64,000 nt of DNA, from the NCBI GenBank assembly GCA_038087875.1, contig CM075991.1, forward strand, positions 9,302,001-9,366,000. Reading direction: 5' to 3'. Source of the DNA: Malacoraja senta (Eukaryota). A program made the position numbers and the translations under genes. Below are positions 25,170 to 39,059 of this stretch, in pieces; position 1 is the stretch's first letter, and every line of letters starts with the position of its first letter. Under the pieces are notes generated by a model. That model saw only the letters and a program-made list of their open reading frames with translations. It was not told where the DNA came from and did no database searches.

Positions 25170-25700
25170 CTTCGCCACTCATGTGGCCTCCTGGGGTGAT
25201 ATCCCTTCCCTTTTTGGAGGAGGGTCTCCACATACCTGCCCCCCCAATGCCAAGCAGCGGAGAGACCCTAGACTGCCTTCAGAGCTAGAGATAGTGGCCT
25301 GGTGCTCGTCAGTGGGGTCATGGTCCTGGGGTAAGTAGGAGGAAGTGTCCGAGAGTTGGCGCGTGGCCTCAGCTTTGTAGAGATCGACCCACCAGACTAC
25401 CACGGCACCTCCCTTGTCGGCGGGTTTGATAACCCAGTCTGGGTTGTTGCAGAGTGAGTCAATGGCAGTGCGTTCAGGGGGGAGAAGAGATTGGAGTGAG
25501 ACAGGGGAGTGGAGAAGTTGAGGCGGTTGATGTCCCGACGGCAGTTTTGGATAAAGACCCTAGACTGTGGTCCTCCCCCACAGAGCCTTGGCGCTGGCTA
25601 CACCGGGTTTCATTGCGTCCCTCAGCGCGTACTCCTGCAGTCTGGAGTCACCACTCTCCTTTCCCAGATCCATTCCCCAACCCTTTGGGATGAAGCGTCT
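25170..25700 (-). mobile_element. Penelope-like element RT fragment
   Basis: Minus strand reads ...NNPDWVIKPADKGGAVVVW...RQLSDTSSY, a PLE RT motif. A plus-strand PLE RT piece (VLTHNNFSFNSSH) lies at ~24900-25025. Confidence 0.82.
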
Positions 25701-26969
25701 TGTCGTGGACTGAGTCCTAACCATCCACTTTCCACCGAGAGCACGTCTGATTCACATTCTGTTGCGAGCCCAATTTCTTCGCACCCTAGCTATCATTCTG
25801 GATCAAAGACATCCAGATTAGTCTTGGCAACAATAAAATGGAGCACCTGTTAATGTTAGTGATCAGAACAGTTACATCATTCCTGTTAATTACAATGATC
25901 TGAACACTTTTGAACCAATGCCATTAATCAAACCCATCCAAAAGTTGCCTGATCTGTTGTACCACTGCCGCTAGAGAAGAAAATAACAACTGCGCTATTT
26001 CAGTTCAGTTCCATTTAGTTTATTGTCACGTTTGTATACTTGGTATAAGTGTAAATTGTCCCTAGTGCGTGTAGGCTTGTGAAGGGATCGCTGGTCGGCA
26101 CGGACTCGGTGGGTCGAAGGGCCCGTTTCCGCGCTGTATCTCTAAACTAAACTAAACGTGTACCGAGGTACAGTGGAAAGCTTTTGTTGCGTGCTATCCA
26201 GTTAGCGGAACGACAATACATGATTACAATCGAGCCATTTATAGTGTATAGATACATGATAAGGGAATAATGTTTAGTGCAAGGTAAAGTCTGTAGAGTC
26301 CGATCAAAGATAGTCCGAGGGTTACCAATGAGGTAGATAGTAGTGGTTGCAGTAGGATGGTCCTGTTGCCTGATAACAGCTGGGAAGAGACTTTCCCTGA
26401 ATCTGGAGGTGTGCACTGCCCAACGGGAGAGGGGAGAAGAGAAGATTTGTACCGGTATCAGGGGTTAAGGGGGGAAGGCAGGAGAATGGGGTTAGGAGGG
26501 AGAGATAGATTAGCCGTGATTGAATGGTGGAGTAAACTTGATGGGCCGAATGACCTAATTCTGCTCCTATCACTTATGAAGAGTGAGTGGCCAGGGTACG
26601 GCCCGTCCTTGATTTTGCTCTTGGCCATGCTGAGGCAGCATGAGGTGTAAATCGAGTCATTGGAAGGTTTGTGTGATGGTTTGGGCTGCGTCCACAATTG
26701 GCTGCAATCATCATCTGACAAGCAGTGATTGACATTGCAGCAGCACCTTTGCTTCATTACTGTTAATGAGTGATTAAAATGGTAATTGTGCAAATTCGCA
26801 TTTGTTACTAATTAATGATTGAAATAGTTGCAACATTAATAGCATCGTCATTGCGCCAGAGCCTCAGAATAAAAGGACGTACCTTTAGAAAGGAGATGAG
26901 GAGGAATTTCTTTAGTCAGAGGTGAGAATCTGTGGAATTCATTGACACAGACGGCTGTGGAGCCCATGT

Positions 26970-28289
26970 CCAATTGGACCGATTGCTCCTAATTGGGCCC
27001 CACGCCTAAGGGGGCCTCGCGCTAATTTTTCGTATTTCGTACGGAAATGCGAATTCGCATTGTTAAATACAGATTTATTTTTTTAAACATTCGCCTTGTT
27101 AAATACGGATTTTTTTTTTAAACGAACATGGATAAAAACCGCTGCACCGGCCATCAGACAAAAACGATTTGTTAACTACCACTGTTAGCACTTGTTAACA
27201 GCCAGTAGTTAATACGTAGTTATATAATATGTCATCAATGCATCGATCCACATTCCTCAGTAAATGTAATTGTGTTTTACTGAATGGGTGGGGTGGGTGG
27301 AGGGTGACAGCAGGTGGAGAGATGGTGGGGAAAACGGGAGCACACCGGGACAAGTTGAATCAGTTGTGATCTTATTGAATGACAATACTAGTTCAAAGGA
27401 CCAATTGGAGGGAGAGTTCCTTTTACAGCATGTGGGGAGTCTGGCCAGGGGTAAAGTTGCGGGGAGGGCAGGAGCGTTGAAAAGGAGGGTGCCGAGGATC
27501 ATGCCATCAGCCAGCTCAAGAGCGGGTCAGCGGGCGATGGATATCAGGACAGCCGGCAGTGGAGCTTACTCCATGTGTCAGTCCGAGTAACCTCAATTTG
27601 GTCCCTTGTTCGTGCTGACACAGGAGTAAGCTCCACTGCCCGCTGTCCTGTTATCCATCACCCGCTGACCCACTCCGCTCTATGATCTTTGCTCTTGAGC
27701 TGGCCGCCTCACTGTTCAGAAGGTGCTGAGGTCCCGGCGGCCGCTCATAGCCACACGAGCTGCTTCCCTCCCCGGCCACAATGCAGTGGCTCCGCTCCCG
27801 GAACACCGCGGCAGCGGTGAGTGAGTGAGCTGCTGGCATGATCCCCGACCTCCTCCTTCTCAACGCTCCTGGCCAGACTTCCCACACGCTGTGAAAGGAA
27901 CTTTCCCTCCAATTGGTCCTTTGAACTAGTATTGTCATTCAAAAAGATCACAACTGATTCAACTTGTCCCGCTGTGCTCCCGTTTTTCCCACCATCTCTC
28001 CACCTGCCATCACCCTCCTCCCCCCACCCATTCAGCAATTCAGAAAGAAGGAGATTTGGAAGCCTTAGGCAAATTGAATTGTTACTTTCTTTATTTTTAT
28101 TTTTTATTTTTATGGAGAGGAGAACAATCAGCGCATGCGCGGTTTAAGATTTTTAAAAAGCCGACTGACTGCCTACCCGGAGTAATTACTCACGGCACGT
28201 GCCTGAATATGACTCATTTATAATTATATATTTATATTTCTATGAAAATTGTTCCCAATTGGGCCCCGCACCTCCTAAGGCCGGCCCTG
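26970..28289. mobile_element. hAT-like non-autonomous element (left TIR missing) carrying a large internal palindrome
   Basis: Right end CCTAAGGCCGGCCCTG (CAGGGCCGG-type TIR); subterminal aattgggcccc motif at both ends (26991, 28257). Confidence 0.6.
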
Positions 28290-28831
28290 CTTACAGCCCC
28301 AGAGACCCAAGTTCGATCCTGACCACGGGTGTAGTCTGCACATTCTCCTTGTGGCCTGCATGGGTTTTCTCCAGAATCTCCGGTTTACCTCCCATACTCC
28401 AAAGATGTACAGGTTTTTTCTTTCCATGCTGTGTCTCCAAATGAAACGAAACAAAACATTCTCGATCAGTACGGGTGTCGGGGAATGCGGGGAGAATGGG
28501 GTTGAGAGGGAGAGATAGATCAGCCAGGATTGAAAGTAGACCTGATGGCTTAATTCCGTTCTCTGAACCTATGAACTTATGAAACAGTGATTGAAACGGG
28601 GACAATACAGTTGCAGGGTTGTTGTTCCTAATGATCAAAGTAATGATTGCAATGACACACTCTTTGCATAAATTTGTGGTTGAAATAGTGCCTGCTCTGC
28701 TGAACCATTGCTGTGAATTCGTAGCCATGAACATGTTCGCACATGATCGCACTAATCAACACAGAGACCTCACTATTGCAGATTTCCTCCTAATTGGTGG
28801 TCGAAATGGTGAATTGTCTGTCGTCCCATTT

Positions 28832-29169
28832 TTTTTTTTTTTTAATATTTTAATTTTATTAGAAGTACAATCATATGGCATCAAAGTGCCTAATATATAT
28901 TGACATCATACATTTTATGTACAGCTTCTTTTTTTTAAAATTATAATGAAGAAGAAAAAGAAAAAGAGAATATTGAATAAAAGATTGAAAAACGTGAGAT
29001 ATGTGTGAAAAAGAAAAAAAAGGGTGAAAGAAGAAAAGTGAAGAAAAGAAAATAGAAAGAAAGAGTGTAGAAAATAAAAAAAGAAAAATAAGGAGATCGT
29101 TATTTATAATCTTGCCCATCCCTCACCCAGTCCTGGAACAGTTAGCTTCTACAATTGTGTTGCACCATA
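28832..29169 (-). mobile_element. 5'-truncated poly(A) LINE (L1-like) 3'UTR
   Basis: Poly-T at 28829-28843 with nearby ttttatt (AATAAAA); 13-bp TSD tgtc(g/a)tcccattt at 28819 and 29170. Confidence 0.75.
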
Positions 29170-29974
29170 TGTCATCCCATTTCTGTTAAGTGACGATCAA
29201 AGTAGTAACTGCACGGGAGCAGTATTGCTGCAAATTGACGATGGAAATGGTGACTGCATTGCAGCTGCATTGCTGCTCGTTAATGATCACTCATGGGTGC
29301 ACTGTGGTGGCCTTGCTATTCATTGGCAACTGAAACAGTGACTGCACTGTTGTAGCAGTGTTGCTGAATACTGATGGAGACAGGAATCTAAAACCAGAGG
29401 GCACAGGGTTAAGCTGAGAGGGGAGAGATTTAAGAGGGATCTCAGGGGCAACCTCTTCACTCAGAAGGTAGTCTGTATCTGGAGCGTGCTGCTAGAGGAA
29501 CCTATAGGATACAAATACGACTAAAAAGACATTTGGACAGATGTATGTAGGAAGGAACTGCAGATGCTGGTTTAAACCGAAGATAGACACAAAAAGCTGG
29601 AGTAACTCGGCGGGAAAGGCAGCAACTCTGGAGAGAAGGAATGGGTGATGTTTCTGGTCGAGACCCTCGTTCGAGACCGAAGAAGGGGCTCGACCCGAAA
29701 CGTCACCCATTCCTTCTTTCCAGAGATGTTGCCTGTCCCGCTGAGTTACTCCAGCTTTTTGTGTCTATCATTTGGACAGATAGATGGATATGAGGGATCT
29801 GGGCCAAATGCAGGCAAATGGGACTACCCCAATATGCCAACGTGGTCAACATGGACACGGTGGGCCAAAGGGCCTGTTTTTCATTACTTCAAAAGACTGT
29901 GAGTGTTCCTCATGAGCTTGTACACCTCAATAAGGTCACCTTAATTGGTTTAAGCATTTCCATCAGCATATTCC

Positions 29975-30432
29975 ATTGAAGGTAGACAAAAATGCTGTAG
30001 AAACTCAGCGGGTGAGGCAGCATCTATGGAGCGAAGGAAATAGGCGATGTTTCGGGCCAAAACCCTTCTTCAGACTCATGTGAGGGTGGGGGCGGCGGGA
30101 AGAAGAAAGGAAGAGGTGGAGCCAGAGGGGTGAGGGAGAGCTGAGAAGGGGAGGAGACAGTAGGGACTACCTGAAATTAGAGAAGTTAATGTTCATGCCG
30201 CTGGGGTGCAGACTGCCCAAGCGGAATATGAGGTGCTGCTCCTCCAATTTACGGTGGTCCTCACTCTGGCCATGGAGGAGGCCCAGGACAGAAAGGTCGG
30301 ATTCGGAATGGGAGGGGAAGTTGAAGTGCTGAGCCACCGGGAGATCAGGTTGGTTATTGCGAACCGAGCGGAGGTGTTCGGCGAAGCGATCGCCAAGCCT
30401 ACGCTTGGTCTCACCGATGTAGAGCAGCTGAC
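29975..30432 (-). mobile_element. Penelope-like element 3' fragment (GIY-YIG + pLTR)
   Basis: ORF 30167-30460 YIGETKRRLGDRFAEH...GMNINF. Confidence 0.9.
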
Positions 30433-31344
30433 ACGTAGACACATTCCATTGCCGCAGCATGTCCCGAAAGGGACGTGATAGGCGCTATAGAAATTCAAGC
30501 CTTTTGCTTCAGGACAAGACTGGTGTTTGCCTTGGGTACAGGAAACTCATAATGTGCCTTCCCTGGGATATATTAGTTTCCATGACTCTAATTGTCACGC
30601 AACAAGATCCTGAAAACGTGATGGACAAAAATCTGCCCACGGATATTGGATCACTGGAAATTTTACACCCACCTTGCTCCCCAAAAAGATGGTACCTTTT
30701 AGCAGCGTGGCAACTCCCCATACCACAGCACAGGAGCATCAGCCAAGAATGCTGAATTGAGACCTGAACACACGGCAGCCACGTACCTCACCAACACACA
30801 GAAAATCCATCAGAAATACAATTCTAATCTGAATCAAATGGATATTAGTGGAAAGTGGAAGGTGCGCCTCATATAACAAAAAGAAGAGCCTTAATTTGTC
30901 TGACACTTTTCATCACTTCACAAGGTCTCAAAGGTTTTCAAAGCCCACAATATAGATTTGAAACGCGCTCTGGTTATTACTTATTCTGACTTTGCTGACT
31001 TTGGAGCCGGGAGCAGTAATTGGGTCGAAAAATCTTCTATCTTCATAATGATTGTCACAAAAAAATCAAAGGCTCTCACACCTGCAATAAACAGCCTTTT
31101 ATAATGGATCTCTGTACTTTAAAATCTGTTATTAGTTTTCTTACGAGTTCTCTCGGCGTTCAAACAAACCACTATCTACACAGAAAGACCTCGATGACAA
31201 TAGAAATATCAGACTCACAGTCTTCAATGGTAATTCCCCTTCAAGTAGTGCAAAGCTTGGTTTAAATTCGATAGACATAAAATGCTAGAGTAATTTAACG
31301 GGTCAAGCAGCATCCCTGGAGAAAAAGGATGGGTGACATTTTGG

Positions 31345-31900
31345 GTCAAGTGGACCTCAAATAGTCTTACCAGGTGAGGCAGAGGTTCACTTGCTCCTCC
31401 TCCAACCTCATCTACTGTCTCCGCTGTTCCAGGTGTCAAGTTCACTACATCGGTGAGACCAAGCGCAGGCTCGGTCATCGTTTCACTGAACACCTCCGTT
31501 CAGTCCGTCTTAACCTACCTGATCTCCCGGTGGCCCAGCACATCAACTCCCCCTCCCATTCCCAATCTGACCTTTCTGTCCTGGGCCTCCTCCATTGTCA
31601 GAGTGAGGCCCAGCACAAATTGGAGGAACAGCACCTCATATTTCGCTTGGGTAGCTTACATCCCAGCGATATGAACATTGACTTTTCTAACTTCAGATAG
31701 CCCTTGCTTTCTCTCTCCATCCCCTTCCCCTTTCCCAGTTCTCCCACAAGTCTTACTGTCTCCGCCTACCTTCTACTTTTGTCCCGCCCCCTCCCCTGAC
31801 ATCAGTCTGAAGAAGGGTCTCGACCCGAAATGTCGCCCATTCCTTCTCTCCAGAGATGTTGCCTCACCCGCTGAGTTACTCCAGCATTTTGTGCCTTCAT
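31345..31900 (+). mobile_element. Penelope-like element 3' fragment (GIY-YIG + pLTR), preceded by an inverted pLTR
   Basis: ORF 31374-31700 LIYCLRC..YIGETKR; inverted pLTR at 31258-31350. Confidence 0.9.
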
Positions 31901-33548
31901 GATGGTGCAGATGGACATATTGGTTGGTGTGGGCATGTTGGGCCAAAGGGCTTGTTTGTGTGCTGACTATGAATCTATAAATGAGAGAATATGAAGTGAG
32001 GTTATTAAACAAATGGTTAGGATGTGCAGGAAAGAACTGCAGATGCTGGTTTAAATCAAAGGTAGACCCAAAATGCTAGAATAACTCAGCGGGACAGGCA
32101 GCATCTCTGGAGAGAAGGAATGGGTGACGTTTCGGGTCGAGACCCTTCTTCAAAAATGTTTGTTAAGTTAGCAGAGTAATAATGATTATGTTGTTTTACC
32201 CACAGTCAATAAATTGACAATTACAATAAGAATTCTTCAATCTTAGGATTAATTTTATTTAACCTTGCAAAGTTAAATTTAACAGTCTGGGAATTAAGCC
32301 AATGTTTATACCCAGGGCTTCACAGTGACATGAGATTATCTTTGTCTTGTATCTTTGCTTTTAGTCACCTGTAGATGAGCAATTATTCAATGCCTTAGCA
32401 CATCATCACACAGCACCATTCCCAAGTGCTTTGCCTGCCACCGAGAGCTCTGGATGTGACTTGACCCTTTGTGTGTAAAACACAATAGGATTGTAAATCG
32501 GCAAACAATCAGATAAGCTTAAGATAGACACAAAATGCTGGAGTAACTCAACAGGACAGGCAGCATCTTTGGAGAGAAGGAATGGGTGACATTTCGGGTC
32601 GCGAACTGAAACGCCACCCATTCCTGCTCTCCAGAGATGCCGCCTGTCCCGCTGACTTACTCCAGCATTTTGTGTCTACATTCGGTTTAAACCAGCATCT
32701 GCAATTCCTTCCTACAGAATCAGATAAGCTTTCTGTTTGACTGGCATTGGTTTACGAAACGATGTCAGAGGCTTCATCAATTGGTCCAGCAACAATGGTG
32801 GGTTTATATATTGTATAAAGTAAAACTAGTGGGCAGGTGATCAGCGCAGACTCAATAGACAATAGACAACATTGAATCGGCAACACCGCCATTCAATGTG
32901 ATCATGGCTAATCATCCCCAATCAGTATCCCGTTCCTGCCTTCTCCCCATATCCCCTGACTCCGCTATTTTTAAGAGCCCTATCTAGCTCTCTCTTGAAA
33001 GCATCCAGAGAACCTGCCTCCACCGCCCTCTGAGGCAGAGAATTCCACTCTCTGTGAGAAAAAGTGTTTCCTCGTCTCCGTTCTCAGTGGGCCGAAGGGC
33101 CTGTTTCCACGTTGTATCCCTAAACTGGACAATAAACTCAATTTAAATAATCCACCAACATGCTTACAAGACAAATAAATAGTCTGGATCTTCTTGCTTG
33201 ATATAAGATGAACTCCACGACCATTCCAATATGTGGATGTTGGTGCAGAAGGCACCAGAATGTTGTGTTCTTTCCCTCAGTGTTTTCCCTCAGTATTATT
33301 CTGGTTAAGGTCACTAGACTGATAGCCTGTCTTCTGCACCATCAACCCTGACATGTGAGTTTGAATTCCATTGTGTCTGCAGGCAGTTTAGATCAAGCAA
33401 CTAAATATAACGGAAATGTCAACAAAAGCTGATCTCAGGAATGATGGACTTCAACCACAAACAGTACAGCACACGAACGGGCCCTTCGGCCCATATTGTT
33501 TGTGCTGAACATGATGCCAAATTAAAATGATCTCAGCTGCCTGTACAT

Positions 33549-35069
33549 TAGTGATAATTTTTCAAAACTCTTTAGATTCTGGAGTAGTTCCTGAGGATTG
33601 GAGGGTAGCAAACGTAACCCCACTTTTTAAAAAGGGAGGGAGAGAGAAAACAGGGAATTACAGACCAGTTAGTCTAACGTCGGTAGTGGGGAAACTGCTA
33701 GAATCAGTTATTAAAGATGGGATAGCAGCACATTTGGAAAGTGGTGAAATCATTGGACAAAGTCAGCATGGATTTATGAAAGGTAAATCATGTCTGACGA
33801 ATCTTATAGAATTTTTCGAGGATGTAACTAGTAGAGTGGATAGGGGAGAACCAGTGGATGTGTTGTATCTGGACTTTCAGAAGGCTTTCGACAAGGTCCC
33901 ACATAAGAGATTAGTATACAAACTTAAAGCACGTGGTATTGGGGGTTCAGTATTGATGTGGATAGAGAACTGGCTGGCAAACAGGAAGCAAAGAGTAGGA
34001 GTAAACGGGTCCTTTTCACAATGGCAGGCAGTGACTAGTGGGGTACTGCAAGGCTCAGTGCTGGGACCCCACCTATTTACGATATATATTAATCATTTGG
34101 ATGAGGGAATTGAATGCAACATCTCCAAGTTTGCGGATGACACGAAGCTGGGGTCAGTGTTAGCTGTGAGGAGGATGCTCGGAGGCTGCAAGGTGACTTG
34201 GATAAGCTGGGTGAGTGGGCAAATGCATGGCAGATGCAGTATAATGTGGATAAATGTGAGGTTATCCACTTTGGTGGCAAAAACAGGAAAGTAGACTATT
34301 ATCTGAATGGTGGCCGATTAGGAAAAGGGGAGATGCAACGAGACCTGGGTGTCATGGTACACCAGTCATTAAAAGTAGGCATGCAGGTGCAGCAGGCAGT
34401 GAAGAAGGCGAATGGTATGTTAGCATTCATAGCAAAAGGATTTGAGTGTAGGAGCAGGGAGGTTCTACTGCAGTTGTACAGGGTCTTGGTGAGACCATAC
34501 CTGGAGTATTGCGTACAGGTTTGGTCTCCTAATCTGAGGAAAGACATTCTTGCCATAGAGGGAGTACAGAGAAGGTTCACCAGACTGATTCCTGGGATGT
34601 CAGGACTTTCATATGAAGAAAGACTGGATAGACTCAGTTTGTACTCGCTAGAATTTAGAAGATTGAGGGGGGATCTTATAGAAGCATACAAAATTCTTAA
34701 GGGGTTGGACAGGCTAGATGCAGGAAGATTGTTCGCGATGTTGGTGAAGTCCAGAACAAGGGGTCACAGTTTAAGGATAAGGGGGAAATCTTTTAGGACC
34801 GAGATGAGGAAAAAAAAATTCACACAGAGAGTGGTGAATCTCTGGAATTCTCTGCCACAGAAGGTAGTTGAGGCCAGTTCATTGGCTATATTTAAGAGGG
34901 AGTTAGATGTGGCCCTTGTGGCTAAAGGGATCAGGGGCTATGGAGAGAAGGCAGGTACAGGATACTGAGTTGGATGATCAGCCATGATCATATTGAATGG
35001 CAGTGCAGGCTCGAAGGGCCAAATGGCCTGCTCCTGCACCTATTTTCTATGTTTCTATGTTTCTATGTT
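33549..35069 (+). mobile_element. CR1-clade (HER1-like) LINE, 5'-truncated, with RT domain and 3' tail
   Basis: ORFs 33527-34294 and 34198-34968 give [35 protein letters not shown] and FTQRVVNLWNSLP. Frameshift near 34150. (TTCTATGT)n tail. Confidence 0.95.
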
Positions 35070-35158
35070 CATGATTCAAAACCATTTATTCCCTGCACTT
35101 TTATGTGCCTATCTAAAAGCCCCTATCATATCGGCCTCCACCACCAACTCTGGCATTG

Positions 35159-35539
35159 ACATTAGACAATAGACAATAGGTGCAGGAGTAGGCCATTTGG
35201 CCCTTCGAGCCAGCACCGCCATTCAATGTGATCATGGCTGATCATCCCCAATCAGTACCCCATTCCTGCCTTCTCCCCATATCCCCTGACTCCGCTGTTT
35301 TTAAGAGCCCTATCTAGCTCTCTCCTGAAAGCATCCAGAGAACCGGGCTCCACCGCCCTCTGAGGCAGAGGATTCCACAGACTCACAACTCTCTGTGAGA
35401 AAAAGTGTTTCCTCATCTCCGTTCTAAATGGCTTACTCCTTATTCTTAAAATGTGACCCCTGGTTCTGGACTCCCCCAACATCGGGAACATGTTTCCTGC
35501 CTCTAGCGTGTCCAAGCCCTTAACAATCTTCTCAGGATT
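35159..35539 (-). mobile_element. CR1 LINE 3' fragment flanked by a 105-bp direct duplication
   Basis: ORF 35252-35515; tail tagacaatagacaatagg. Confidence 0.88.
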
Positions 35540-36956
35540 ATCTCAGCTGCCTGTACATGATTCAAAACCATTTATTCCCTGCACTTTTATGTGCCTACCT
35601 AAAAGCCCCAATCATATCGGCCTCCAGCACCAACTCTGGCATTGCAATCCAGTTACCTTACCGCTCTGTGTGTAAAAAAACATGCTCCACACACCTCCAT
35701 TGGATGTGGAGAGAATGTTTCCACTAGTGGGAGAGTCTAGGACTGGAAGTCATAGCCTCAGAATTAAAGAATGTTCCGTTAAGAAAGAGATGAGGAGGAA
35801 TTCATTTTGTCAGAGGGTGGTGAATCTGTGAAATTCTGCCACTGAAGGCCACGGAGGCCAAGTCAATGGATATTTTTAAGGCAGAGATAGATTCTTGATC
35901 AATATGGGTGTCAGGGGTTATGGGGAGAAGGCAGGAGAATGGGGTTAGGAGAGAGAGATAGATCAGCCATGATTGAATGGCGGAGTAGACTTGATGGGCC
36001 GAATGGCCTAATTCAGCTCCTATCATTTATGACCATATAACCATTAAACTTCCCCCCACTCTCACCTTATAGCTATGCCCGCTATTGATGGGCATTTTCA
36101 CCTTGGGAAAATGGTTCTGGATGTCCACCCCATCTACGCCTCTCATAATTTTAGATACTTCTATCGTCTCCCTCTCAACCTCTGACGTTCCAGAGAAAAC
36201 AACTCAAGTCTATCCTAGGTCTCCCTGTAGCTGAAGCCTTCTAATCCAGGCAACATACTGATAAAATTGAAACCACAGTAGATGTCATAAAAAACCAATC
36301 TGGTTCCTAAATGCCCTTTGGGGAAGGAAATCTGCTGACCTGATTTAATCCATCACTAAAGTTCATAAATTCGTAAATTCAGGGAGAAGAATAAAGGGAA
36401 TCGACCCATCATGTCTACTACGCCATTCAATCATGGCTGATCTATCTTTCCCTCCCAACTCCATTTTCCTGCCTTCACCCTCTAACCCCTGACACCCGTA
36501 CTAATGAAGAATCTGGCCATCTCTGCCTTCAAAATATCCATTGACGGCCTCCACAGCAATGAATTCCACAGATTCACCACCCTCTGACTAAAGAAATTCC
36601 TCCTCATCACCTTTCTGTAGGTACGATGGTCCTTAGACTCTCCGGCTAGTGGAAACATCCTTGCCACACTCTCCCTATCAAGGCCTTTCACTATTTGGTA
36701 AGTTTCAATGAGGTACTCGTCATCCTTCTAAAGTCCAGTGAGTAGAGGCCCTGTGCCATCAAACGCTTATCATATGTTAAACCAATATTCCTGGTGTTAA
36801 CCCAATCATTCCCAAAAGTGCCTCCAAACCCATTGATGAGGTGGATCCTTAACAGCTTCCTCAATCCCAATTGAAGATGGACAATAAATGCAGTCGGTGC
36901 CGTTATTGTCTGCATCTTGTGAATATGTAAATGAATGAAATGTTCATCACTACTCA

Positions 36957-37266
36957 TTTTAGTTTAGCCTAGTTTAGATTAGAGATACAGTGCAGAAACA
37001 GGCCCTTCGGCCCACCGATTCCGCACCGACCAGTGATCCCCACACATTAACACGACCCTACACACTCTGGGGACAATTTTACATTTATACCAAGCCAATT
37101 AACCTACAAACCTGTACATCTTTGGAGTGTGGGAGGAAACTGAAGATCTCGAAGAAAACCCACGCAGGTACAAACTCCCTACAGACATGCAACTGTGGTC
37201 AGGATTGAACCTGGGTCTCTGGTGCTGTAAGGTAGCAACTCTGCCGCTGTGCTACCGTGCTGCCCC
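36957..37266 (-). mobile_element. HE1-type V-SINE
   Basis: (TTTAG)n tail, V-domain and tRNA head on the minus strand. Confidence 0.87.
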
Positions 37267-37914
37267 TTGGAATGCTTCAGGGAGATCTAGCCAAAGTCTG
37301 CTGATCTCACGAGGCCCATCACCATTGTTTGACATCCCTTAACATCAGCAGGTGAGCAACCGTTCCAAAGGTGCGTTAACCTCATCAGGTAATTGCTCTG
37401 GTTCTGTCACAGGAGGTGCTTGTGCAGCCACGTACAGGCTTGTGCAGCATTCATTGAATACATTAGCGCAATTCTGACATGGTTTTGTTAACCTGCTTGG
37501 AGGAACACACAGCTTTGCTCATCGTCATCCATTACTTAAGCAGGGATGCCTTTCAACTGAAGCACATCCAGGCGTTCAGTCTGAAAGAAACCTTCAATAA
37601 GGTCGGTCACTGGCTCGCCTGATAAATCCTCTTCAGAAGGCTGGCGTGCGCCAAAGATCCCGCACACTTCCTTAAACTTGCCGGCGGTATGGTGGCGCAG
37701 CGGTAGAGTTGCCTCCTTATAGCGCCAGGGACCCGGGTTCAATCCTCACCACGGGTGTTTGTCTGTACGGAGTTTTTTACCTTCTCCCCGGGACCTGCAT
37801 CAGTTTTCTCAGAGATCTTCCGTTTCCATCCACCACTCCAGAGACATACAGCGTTGTAGGTTAATAGGCTCGGTAAAATAGTAAATTGTCTCGAGAGTGT
37901 GCAGGATAGTATTA

Positions 37915-38150
37915 AGGGCCTGTCCCACTTTCACGACCTAATTCACTACCTCTGGCGAGTTTGCCCTTGACTCACACTCACAGCATGGTCGTCACAAGGT
38001 CGTAGTAGGTCGTAGGTAGGTCGTAGCAGGCCGTGATGCTAGTCGTAGGTACTCATGGCATCACATAGGTCGGGCGTTTTTCTAGCCTGATGAAAAACGC
38101 CCACGAGTAAAAAAGGTCATGAATTAGGTCGTGAAAGTGGGACAGGCCCT
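37915..38150. mobile_element. PIF/Harbinger MITE in an HE1 SINE
   Basis: TIR AGGGCCTGTCCCACTTTCACGACCTAATTCA; TTA/TAA flanks. Confidence 0.88.
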
Positions 38151-39059
38151 TAAGGGTGCTGGGTTAGTTGGTCGGCGCGGATTCGGTGGGCTGAAAGGCC
38201 TGTTTCCACACTGTAGATCTAAACTAAACTAAACTAAACTAAGGTGTGCAAAAATAGGTATTCAATAGGAAGAACGCACCAAATTAAACAAATAGAACTA
38301 TTGTCATTTAGCTCCCATTAAAGTGTATGCATTTTAATGATCAATTACTTGTCATTAAATTACACACTGTGTAAATAATTTGAAGTTATATCCCTATAAT
38401 TAAAAGTGGCTATCTCTCTCAGACTTGTGCTCACATCAATAAGCAGATCATTTGGTCATATAATTTCATTGCTGTCCACAATTCAGCAATCACAAATATA
38501 AAATGCCCAGGAATGGCCTGGTCATGGAAGGTGCTTTAAGAAATGCTACCTCCTTTATTTCTTTATCTAAGTATCAATTATCTCAAGTTGATAGAGATAC
38601 TTAAGACATAGGTTCAAGGTGAAGGGGGAAAGGGGTGACTTTTTCACACAAAGGGTGGTGGGTGTATGGAATGAGCTGCCGGAGGAGGTAGTTGAGGCAG
38701 GGACTATCCCAACATTTAAGAAGCAGTTAGACAGGTACATGGATAGGAAAGGTTTAGAGGGATATGGACCAAATGCAGGCAGGTGAGACTAGTGTTGATG
38801 GGACATGTTGGTCGGTGTGAGGAAGTTAGGCCGAAAGGCTTGTTTCCACGCTGTATAACTCTCCATGACTCTATCTATCCCAAAAAAGTGTTCCTGAACA
38901 GAGTCACTGAAAAGTGTTATTAGTTTAGTTTAGACACAAAAAGCTGGAGTAACTCAGCGGGACAGGCATCATCTTTGGCGAGAAGGAATGGGTGACGTTT
39001 AGGGTCGAGAACCTTCTTCAGACTGGTTAGGGATAAGGGAAATAAGAGATATAGATGAT

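Noticed and set aside
37543..37601. Possible small exon (DAFQLKHIQAFSLKETFNK|gtcggt)
   Set aside because: No polypyrimidine tract, weak donor, no recognisable homology.
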